From Rhodobacterales bacterium (lineage in GTDB: Bacteria > Pseudomonadota > Alphaproteobacteria > Rhodobacterales > Rhodobacteraceae): a stretch of DNA of 64,000 nucleotides. Below the pieces are notes generated by a model. The model had not been told where the DNA came from. It saw nothing but the letters and a program-made list of their open reading frames with translations, and ran no database searches. The DNA is taken from NCBI GenBank assembly GCA_038257185.1, contig JBBSJO010000001.1, positions 10,665-74,664 of the forward strand, read 5' to 3'. Numbering within the stretch: position 1 is the stretch's first letter; each line of letters begins with the position of its first letter. A program made the translations under genes and the position numbers. Shown one piece after another: positions 9,562 to 16,627 of the stretch.

Positions 9562-10962
9562 TCACTCCACCCGGTAGGGCAGGACATCTCGCTGGTTGAG
9601 ATCGACGACAACCTGCCGCTCCAGCGGTGGCACCGCGCGTTGATGGCAGGTCTTGCGTTCACAGATTCGGCAGGAAATGCCGATGGGTTCAAAGGCGCTG
9701 TCGCTGCCCAGGTCGAGGCCGTCGGCATAGACCATCGCCGCCGCATGGCGCACCTCACATCCAAGTGAGATGGCATAGCGCCGCACCGGTGCACCAAACC
9801 GCCCCGCGGGCTTGGAGATGTCGCGCGCCAGACTGATATAGCGCACCCCGTCCGGCGTTTCCGCAAGCTGGCGCAGGAATCGGCCGGGAGTCTCGAAGGC
9901 GCTGTGGACGTTCCACAACGGGCAGGCCCCGCCGAAGCGCGCGAATTGCAGGCGGGTGGCAGAGTGACGCTTGGTGATCGTGCCGGCCTGATCAACGCGC
10001 ACAAAGAAGAACGGGATGCCCTTGGCACCGGGGCGCTGCAACGTGGACAGCCGATGCGCCACCTGTTCGATGGAGGCCCCAAAGCGACTGGCCAGTACCT
10101 CCAGGTCATGGCGGCAGTCCTTGGCACCGTCCAGAAATGCGCCATAGGGCATCAACGCCGCGCCTGCGAAATAATTGGCCAGCCCGATCTTTGCGATGTC
10201 CCGAGCCGAAGTGCTGTGAAACCGAGCCAGATCCAGTGTCGCTTCCAGCAGCGCGTCCTGACGGGTCAGGGCAACCTGTAACAGAATCTGGAAGGTCTGG
10301 GTTTCAGGGGCGGCGCGGGTGGTCAGGTGCAGCATCCCGCGTGCGGGGTCGAAGCGGCGCAGCACATCGACATCGTCGAATTTCACGGTGATGCCGGCAT
10401 TGGCCAGCGCAGACACGGCAGCGACACGAATGTTGCGATGCCCGCCCTCACGACCTGCGAAATGTTCCGCCGCGCGGTCCACGGCGTCGATGTAATTGTC
10501 GCAATAGTGAAAGAAATCGCGCACCTCTTCCCAGGGCGACGGGCTGATCGCCGCATCCTCGCGCCCCAGCGCCTCGTCCAGCGAGGCGAGCCTTTCGTGG
10601 GTCTGCCGGTAGCTCTGGTGCAGTTCCAGAAATGCCCGCGCCAGTCCCGGCGCATTGGAGGCCGCAAGGCGCAGGTCGGCAATCGGGGGCATGATGCCGC
10701 CGAAAACCGGATCGCTGAGGGCCTCGCGCATGTCGCTCACCAGACGCTCGCCATCGCCTGACGAAAGTTCCGTCACGTCGAGGCCGAATTCGGAGGCCAG
10801 CGCCAGCACCACGGTGGTGCTGACGGGGCGGTTGTTATTCTCCATCTGGTTGAGATAGGGCAGGGAAACGCCAAGCCTTGCGGCGAAATCCTTTTGCGTC
10901 AGACCCAGACGCGTGCGCAATTCGCGCAGCTTGGCTCCGGCATAGAGTTTCTGAGTGGCCAT
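9562..10962 (-). CDS. pccR: Short-chain fatty acyl-CoA regulator (XRE/ScfR family, PccR-like)
   Basis: XRE HTH at the N-terminus (MATQKLYAGAKLRELR), ANYFAGA, GGACPLW, and C-terminal IGISCRICER...C..RA.PP; lies next to pccB. Confidence 0.9.
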   Translation of the reverse strand: MATQKLYAGAKLRELRTRLGLTQKDFAARLGVSLPYLNQMENNNRPVSTTVVLALASEFGLDVTELSSGDGERLVSDMREALSDPVFGGIMPPIADLRLAASNAPGLARAFLELHQSYRQTHERLASLDEALGREDAAISPSPWEEVRDFFHYCDNYIDAVDRAAEHFAGREGGHRNIRVAAVSALANAGITVKFDDVDVLRRFDPARGMLHLTTRAAPETQTFQILLQVALTRQDALLEATLDLARFHSTSARDIAKIGLANYFAGAALMPYGAFLDGAKDCRHDLEVLASRFGASIEQVAHRLSTLQRPGAKGIPFFFVRVDQAGTITKRHSATRLQFARFGGACPLWNVHSAFETPGRFLRQLAETPDGVRYISLARDISKPAGRFGAPVRRYAISLGCEVRHAAAMVYADGLDLGSDSAFEPIGISCRICERKTCHQRAVPPLERQVVVDLNQRDVLPYRVE

Positions 10963-10972
10963 CGCCGCGCCC

Positions 10973-11009
10973 TTTGCAAGTTTGCACATTTGCAGCGTAG
11001 CTTTGCAAA
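10973..11009. promoter_or_regulatory. TTTGCA box array upstream of pccR (probable autoregulatory site)
   Basis: TTTGCAAG TTTGCACA TTTGCAGC gtagc TTTGCAAA; matches the TTTGCAAA core known for Rhodobacter sphaeroides PccR. Confidence 0.75.
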
Positions 11010-11037
11010 CATGCTCCTGCAAGGTGGCGGGCAGTTC

Positions 11038-12261
11038 TTAACGTCCCGTTAAGCCGAGTTGTTTTTCTCGCCGGATCACGATCATGATGGACCCGATACC
11101 GGCAACCGCAGTCAGCACCATCAGCCAGAGCAGGGGGTAGGCGCCCGTTTCAGGCGTCAGCATCACGCCGGCGAGCACGGCCAGCGCCGATCCCCCGCCG
11201 ATCATGATGGCCCCGCCGAGACCCGACGCGGTGCCTGCCAGATGCGGCCGGACCGACAGCATGCCGGCAGTCGCGTTGGGGATGCACAGCCCGTTGCCCA
11301 GACCCACCAGGGTCATCATCCCGAAAAAGCTCAGGGCGGACCCGTAGCCCGCAAAGAAGATAAGGATCGACACCGAACTGCCTATGGCATTCGCAAGACA
11401 CCCCCAGAGGACCAGGGTGTTGATCCCAAACCGGGTCGCATAGCGGCCGGTCAGAAAGTTGCCGACGAAATACCCGATGGCCGGTGCTCCGAAAAATACA
11501 CCCAGCCAAAATGGAGTCATGCCGAAGACCACGCTGCCGACGAAGGGCGCACCGCCCAGGTAGGCGAAGAATGCCCCCGAACAGAAACCTGCCGCCAGCG
11601 CATATCCCCAGAAGCGGGGGGACCGGAAGAGTTCGGGGTATTCGCGGAACTGCGCCATCATTGTCTTGCCGGAGGGACGCGCGGATTCCCCCATGTCGGC
11701 AAAGACCAGCCAGGTGATGCCCGCGCCTGCCAGCAACATGAACCAGAAGCTGGCATGCCAGTCGAAAAACTCCTGCAGAACGCCGCCCATGGCGGGGCTG
11801 ATCATCGGCACCAGCGCCACCCCCATGGTGACATAGCCGATCATGGAGGCGGATTGCTCCTGCGTATAGAGATCGCGGATCACGGCGCGGCTGAGCACCA
11901 TTGCGGTGGCAATTACCGCCTGACCGATGCGAAAGACCAGAAAGAGCGTGGCGTTCGGGGCATAGATGCACCCGAGCGTTGCGAGCATGAAAAGCGCCAG
12001 CCCCCAGAGCATGACCTTCCGCCGTCCGAGATTGTCCGAGATCGGCCCGATGAAGAGCTGCATCACGGCGGAACAAAGCAGGTAGAGTGGCACGGAAAGT
12101 TGCATAACCCCATAATCGGTGTCGAAAAATTCGGCCATCTGTGGCAGGCTGGGCAGGAAGATGTTCATCACCATGGCCGAAAGCCCCGAAAGCAGGATCA
12201 GGGTGGCAATATGGGGTGGAGTGGTCCGGTCGAGAAAACGGACAGGCGCGACATCTTGCAT
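11038..12261 (-). CDS. Bcr/CflA family MFS efflux transporter
   Basis: MNIFLPSLP and GPISDNLGRRKV motifs, 12 hydrophobic segments; start MQDVAPVRFLDR at 12261. Confidence 0.92.
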   Translation of the reverse strand: MQDVAPVRFLDRTTPPHIATLILLSGLSAMVMNIFLPSLPQMAEFFDTDYGVMQLSVPLYLLCSAVMQLFIGPISDNLGRRKVMLWGLALFMLATLGCIYAPNATLFLVFRIGQAVIATAMVLSRAVIRDLYTQEQSASMIGYVTMGVALVPMISPAMGGVLQEFFDWHASFWFMLLAGAGITWLVFADMGESARPSGKTMMAQFREYPELFRSPRFWGYALAAGFCSGAFFAYLGGAPFVGSVVFGMTPFWLGVFFGAPAIGYFVGNFLTGRYATRFGINTLVLWGCLANAIGSSVSILIFFAGYGSALSFFGMMTLVGLGNGLCIPNATAGMLSVRPHLAGTASGLGGAIMIGGGSALAVLAGVMLTPETGAYPLLWLMVLTAVAGIGSIMIVIRREKQLGLTGR

Positions 12262-12312
12262 GCAAATGCAGCTACTCGGGGCCTTCAGGTTTGTCCATGG
12301 GATGCGACTTGA

Positions 12313-12368
12313 TTTGCAAGTTTGCGTTTTGCATAGATGCCTCTGAAAAGTATTTGCAAATTTGCAGA
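12313..12368. promoter_or_regulatory. TTTGCA box array between the divergent bcr and pccB genes
   Basis: TTTGCAAG (12313), TTTGCG (12321), TTTGCA (12328), TTTGCAAA (12353), TTTGCAGA (12361). Confidence 0.78.
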
Positions 12369-12431
12369 AAGCCCCTTTGGTCCGCCTTCGCGCTCCGATA
12401 GAGTGCGGCAAGGCATAGCCAGGGGACCATC

Positions 12432-13964
12432 ATGAAAGACATTCTGGAAGAACTCGAACAGCGCCGCGAAACCGCTCGTATGGGAGGCGGCGCCAAGCGT
12501 ATCGAAGCGCAGCACACACGCGGCAAACTGACAGCGCGGGAACGTGTGGAGCTTTTGCTCGATGACGGCAGTTTCGAGGAATTCGACATGTTCGTCACCC
12601 ACCGCTGCACCGACTTCGGGATGGAGAAGCAAAAGCCCGCGGGCGACGGCGTGGTCACTGGCTGGGGCACCATCAATGGTCGGCTGGTCTATCTCTTCAG
12701 TCAGGATTTCACCGTCTTCGGCGGCTCGCTGTCCGAAACCCACGCCCAGAAGATCTGCAAGATCATGGACATGGCAATCCAGAACGGCGCCCCCGTCATC
12801 GGCATCAACGATTCCGGCGGCGCGCGCATTCAAGAAGGCGTGGCGAGCCTTGCGGGTTACGCGGAGGTGTTCCAGCGCAACATCGAAGCCTCCGGCGTGA
12901 TCCCCCAGATCAGCGTGATCATGGGCCCCTGTGCGGGCGGTGCCGTCTATTCCCCTGCGATGACCGACTTCATCTTCATGGTGAAGGATACCTCCTATAT
13001 GTTCGTGACCGGCCCCGATGTGGTCAAGACCGTCACCAACGAGGTCGTCACGGCCGAGGAGTTGGGCGGCGCCGGCACCCATACCCGCAAGTCCTCCGTC
13101 GCAGATGCCGCCTTCGAGAACGACGTGGAGGCGCTGGCCGAAGTCCGCCGCCTCGTGGATTTCCTGCCCGCCAACAACCGCGAGAAGCCCCCGGTGCGGC
13201 CTTTCTTCGATGACCCGGAGCGCATCGAGCCCTCGCTCGACACACTGGTGCCTGCCAACGCCAACACGCCCTATGACATGAAGGAACTGATCCTCAAACT
13301 GGGCGACGAGGCAGATTTCTACGAGATCCAGGCGGAGTTCGCCAAGAACATCATCACCGGCTTCATCCGCATCGAAGGGCGTACCGTGGGCGTCGTCGCC
13401 AATCAGCCGATGGTGCTGGCGGGCTGCCTCGACATCGACTCATCCCGCAAGGCCGCGCGTTTCGTGCGCTTCTGCGATGCCTTCGAAATCCCGATCCTGA
13501 CGCTGGTGGACGTTCCTGGCTTCCTGCCCGGCACCAGCCAGGAATACGGCGGCGTGATCAAGCACGGGGCCAAGCTGCTCTTCGCCTATGGCGAGGCGAC
13601 CGTGCCCATGGTCACCGTGATCACCCGCAAGGCCTATGGCGGGGCCTATGACGTGATGGCGTCCAAACACCTGCGCTCCGATTTCAACTACGCCTGGCCC
13701 ACGGCGGAGGTTGCCGTGATGGGTGCCAAGGGGGCGACCGAAATCATTCACCGTGCCGACCTCGGCGACCCCGACAAGATCGCGCAGCACGCGAAAGACT
13801 ACGAGGGCCGCTTCGCCAATCCCTTCGTCGCCGCCGAACGCGGCTTCATCGACGAGGTGATCCAGCCGCGCACCACCCGCAAGCGAATCGCGCGCGCCTT
13901 CGCGAGCCTGCGGAACAAGCAGGCGAGCATGCCTTGGAAAAAGCACAACAACATTCCGTTGTGA
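12432..13964 (+). CDS. pccB: Propionyl-CoA carboxylase beta subunit
   Basis: Carboxyltransferase motifs [32 protein letters not shown]; region also holds pccA and the mutase. Confidence 0.95.
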   Translation: MKDILEELEQRRETARMGGGAKRIEAQHTRGKLTARERVELLLDDGSFEEFDMFVTHRCTDFGMEKQKPAGDGVVTGWGTINGRLVYLFSQDFTVFGGSLSETHAQKICKIMDMAIQNGAPVIGINDSGGARIQEGVASLAGYAEVFQRNIEASGVIPQISVIMGPCAGGAVYSPAMTDFIFMVKDTSYMFVTGPDVVKTVTNEVVTAEELGGAGTHTRKSSVADAAFENDVEALAEVRRLVDFLPANNREKPPVRPFFDDPERIEPSLDTLVPANANTPYDMKELILKLGDEADFYEIQAEFAKNIITGFIRIEGRTVGVVANQPMVLAGCLDIDSSRKAARFVRFCDAFEIPILTLVDVPGFLPGTSQEYGGVIKHGAKLLFAYGEATVPMVTVITRKAYGGAYDVMASKHLRSDFNYAWPTAEVAVMGAKGATEIIHRADLGDPDKIAQHAKDYEGRFANPFVAAERGFIDEVIQPRTTRKRIARAFASLRNKQASMPWKKHNNIPL

Positions 13965-13980
13965 GGTCCTCCCCCATGCC

Positions 13981-14002
13981 CCTTCACCCTTTTCCAAATA
14001 CC
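13981..14002 (+). repeat. Dispersed intergenic repeat, copy B (3'-truncated)
   Basis: CCTTCACCCTTTTCCAAATACC, 17 nt after the pccB stop. Confidence 0.85.
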
Positions 14003-14127
14003 ATCCCGTCCCCGCCGCGCACCCCTGCCGTCGGGGGAGGTATCGCCCGTAAGGTGGACGCCCCGTCCACCCCCGCAGGGTGGGCCATGCGCCGATCTTG
14101 CAACCTCGTGACGGGGGGCGTGGCCCC

Positions 14128-14541
14128 ATGACCTCCCCCTTTAAAAACCAATCCTTCACTATTACCCATGCAGACGAAGGCACGTTCAAGGGCGCGGGCC
14201 TGCGCCCCTTCTTCGAATACCGCGATCTCGGCATCACATCCGCCACAAAGGGCAGCTACGGCGCCCATGTCATCCGCGCTGTGCCGGGTATGGAATCCCC
14301 CGGCACCTGGCATTCGCACGATCTCGACTTCCAGATGGTCTATGTCACCAAGGGCTGGGTCGTCTTCGAATACGAAGGCCCCGAAGAATGCGGGGGCGGG
14401 GAGCATATCCTGCGCGCGGGCTCCTGCGTCTTGCAGCCGCCCGGCATCACCCACCGCGAAGTGCGCCATTCCGATGACATGGAGCTGATCGAGATCATCT
14501 CCCCCGCCGACTTCCCCACCACCGAGGAAGACGCCCCATGA
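14128..14541 (+). CDS. Cupin domain protein
   Basis: WHSHDLDFQMVYVTKG and QPPGITHRE cupin metal-binding motifs. Confidence 0.88.
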   Translation: MTSPFKNQSFTITHADEGTFKGAGLRPFFEYRDLGITSATKGSYGAHVIRAVPGMESPGTWHSHDLDFQMVYVTKGWVVFEYEGPEECGGGEHILRAGSCVLQPPGITHREVRHSDDMELIEIISPADFPTTEEDAP

Positions 14542-14918
14542 GAGTACTCGCTACCGCTCTGATCCTCGCTGCAACCCCGGCGCTGGCCATCGACGTGCCG
14601 ACGGGCCAGCCGGTGGAATTGCAGGAAGTGCTGGTGGATGTCATGGGCGCGGAGACATGGCTGCGGTTCCGCTTCGTGGCACCACAGATCGCCCGCGAGA
14701 CCGGCAGCGTCACCTTTGCGCAGGCCGAGCCCGACATGGTCTACCTCTGCGAGGCTGTGGCGCTTCCCTACATCGCCGAATATGCGCTGGACGGGCAGGT
14801 GATCGTCGTCTCGCTCTCCGATCGACCCACGGAATTCGGCCAACCGGACCCGGATGCGACCCAGTTCTTCGAGGCCTATCGACCGGATGGCGCTACCTGC
14901 ATTTGGGAAAACTTGTGA
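14538..14918 (+). CDS. Secreted DUF6497-like protein
   Basis: Signal peptide, WLRFRF.AP.I and QFFEAYR...CIWE; ATGA-coupled to the cupin. Confidence 0.75.
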   Translation: MRVLATALILAATPALAIDVPTGQPVELQEVLVDVMGAETWLRFRFVAPQIARETGSVTFAQAEPDMVYLCEAVALPYIAEYALDGQVIVVSLSDRPTEFGQPDPDATQFFEAYRPDGATCIWENL

Positions 14919-15132
14919 TGGAACACCAACATCTTGTCGAAAGACACCCGGTTCGCGCCTGTACTGATGCTTTGGAGTCACATAGGCGCCGATTGCGTGG
15001 ACCCCGGTATCATTCCTCCAAAGTTTCCCATATTATGCCGTTGAGGAATACCCATGTATCCCTTACCTCAGAATCGGGGTGTGCGAGGCATAATGCAGTG
15101 CCGCATCCCACTAACAGAGACAGGAGACTTAG

Positions 15133-15279
15133 ATGTCGAAGAGCATCAAAATGCTGGCAATTTTCGGCTTCGTTGCCGCAATTTCCGCGTGCACAAGTGG
15201 ACAGCAAGAAGAAGAGTACGTTGTGGTTGACCCGGAGCCCATCTCGGTCGAGCCCACATATACCGGCAAATACAAGTAA
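15133..15279 (+). CDS. 48-aa lipoprotein (not in ORF track)
   Basis: RBS CAGGAG; MSKSIKMLAIFGFVAAISAC-TSGQQEEEYVVVDPEPISVEPTYTGKYK with lipobox ISAC. Confidence 0.85.
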   Translation: MSKSIKMLAIFGFVAAISACTSGQQEEEYVVVDPEPISVEPTYTGKYK

Positions 15280-15285
15280 TTGCCT

Positions 15286-15315
15286 GCAGGGACGGGCGTT
15301 CGCGCCCGTCCCTGC
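15286..15315 (+). terminator. Perfect 13-bp stem with UUCG loop (stabiliser or terminator; no U-tract)
   Basis: GCAGGGACGGGCG-TTCG-CGCCCGTCCCTGC directly after the lipoprotein stop. Confidence 0.7.
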
Positions 15316-15351
15316 CCACCGCCGCACCGTCCCTGATGTCCGGGGGCTAAC

Positions 15352-15699
15352 GTGCTGAAACATCGCGGTTTTCCGGGGCGACTGCCCGGCACGGACTTTC
15401 AATTCATCATCCGCCGGGAGAACCCGAGAGGGGTCACCGCCATCGTGCGTCGCGAGCGGCGCTCGGATCGTCGTCCGCCGGACAAGCGGGCCGACACCTA
15501 TTTCGTCAAAGCCCTTTGGGAAGCCTTCGGGGATCAGCCGTTCGAGCGCGGGAATCTCGATGCGGGCCGACTCTCCTGGCTCTTCGGGCGCGAGGTGTTG
15601 CCCGCAACCGATCCCTTCGATCCGGCTGACTACGAAGCGCTGCTGGTGCTCGACGTGCCCGCCGCCCGGGCCGCATTTCCCGATGCGTTTGAAGGGTGA
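15352..15699 (+). CDS. Hypothetical protein (115 aa)
   Basis: GTG start, GC3-rich codons, ordinary globular composition (FPGRLPGTDFQF, GNLDAGRLSWLFGRE). Confidence 0.75.
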   Translation: MLKHRGFPGRLPGTDFQFIIRRENPRGVTAIVRRERRSDRRPPDKRADTYFVKALWEAFGDQPFERGNLDAGRLSWLFGREVLPATDPFDPADYEALLVLDVPAARAAFPDAFEG

Positions 15700-15870
15700 T
15701 CGGCGTGTTGTCGCCGGTTCCCGCCATGTATGAGCGCCACCTTGCCGATCTATGTGTCGGGCACGGATACCACTTTGGAAATTCCAGACGCGGCGGCAAG
15801 ATACAGGCAGTAGTTGGTCTGGCGCGATCGCTTGGACCTTCAGCTAACCAAGACCATACCCCTTCCCCTT

Positions 15871-15912
15871 GCGGGCAGCATGTCTTGACAGAGGCACGGC
15901 TGCCCGCTTTTT
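15871..15912 (+). terminator. Rho-independent terminator
   Basis: GCGGGCAGC-N19-GCTGCCCGC-TTTTT, about 170 nt after the previous stop codon. Confidence 0.75.
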
Positions 15913-16015
15913 GTGATGGGGCGTGTCCTGGACAGGACAAAGACGCGGACGGTACGAGACCGGGCAGCAAGTTCCGGTGGCGGTTCGCGGTAATGAGCAG
16001 TGAAGGAACAGGTCT

Positions 16016-16228
16016 ATGTCGATCAGAAACATCATCTTCGGGGTGGCCGCTTGCGGTGCCCTCGCCGCCTGCGGCGACAATCTTGGCGAACAGGCGCTCG
16101 GCGGTGCGGCCGTCGGGGCGGGTGCGGCGGCACTCACCAGCGGCAGCCTCGTTCAGGGGGCGGTCATCGGGGCAGGGGCCAACGTCGCCTATTGCCACCT
16201 CAATCCTGGAAAATGCCGGGGCTTCTGA
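16016..16228 (+). CDS. Glycine-zipper lipoprotein, paralog 1
   Basis: Lipobox LAAC, GGAAVGAGAA zipper, C-terminal Cys pair; RBS AAGGA. Confidence 0.85.
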   Translation: MSIRNIIFGVAACGALAACGDNLGEQALGGAAVGAGAAALTSGSLVQGAVIGAGANVAYCHLNPGKCRGF

Positions 16229-16240
16229 CCGCCGTTTTTC

Positions 16241-16265
16241 GGAACGTATTGAACGCTCGCGCGTT
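16241..16265 (+). promoter_or_regulatory. EcfG/sigmaT (general stress response) promoter
   Basis: Exact GGAAC-N16-CGTT, 36 nt upstream of the second lipoprotein ATG. Confidence 0.7.
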
Positions 16266-16300
16266 GGTGGTGCAATCGTATGCAACCACGGAGTAGCGTC

Positions 16301-16507
16301 ATGTCTTTCCCCAAGATCATCCTTACACTCGCAGCCTGTGCCAGCTTGGCCGCCTGCGGCGATACGCTCGGCAAGCAGGCTCTTGGCGGCGCTGCCGTCG
16401 GTGCAGGTGCCGCAGCCGTTACAGGCGGCAGCATCGGGACGGGGGCCGCAGTTGGCGCCGGTGCCAACGTGTTGGCGTGCCAATCCAAGCTGGTCAATTG
16501 CAGCTGA
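16301..16507 (+). CDS. Glycine-zipper lipoprotein, paralog 2
   Basis: RBS GGAG; MSFPKIILTLAACASLAAC-GDTLGKQALGGAAVGAGAA; clearly paralogous to 16016-16228. Confidence 0.85.
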   Translation: MSFPKIILTLAACASLAACGDTLGKQALGGAAVGAGAAAVTGGSIGTGAAVGAGANVLACQSKLVNCS

Positions 16508-16559
16508 CCTTCTGACCTCCAAGGCTGCCGCATCTGCGGCAGTCATTCTCGCTGAAAGA

Positions 16560-16591
16560 GACCGCCCGGCCCGTGCCGGAGCGGTCTTTTT
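16560..16591 (+). terminator. Rho-independent terminator upstream of pccA
   Basis: GACCGC-CCGGC-ccgt-GCCGG-a-GCGGTC-TTTTT. Confidence 0.8.
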
Positions 16592-16627
16592 CGCGTCCGC
16601 TTCCAATTCACATCCAAGGGACACGCC

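Noticed and set aside
15730-15813. 27-codon ORF MSATLPIYVSGTDTTLEIPDAAARYRQ
   Set aside because: No RBS and no recognisable feature; cannot be supported without Ribo-seq.
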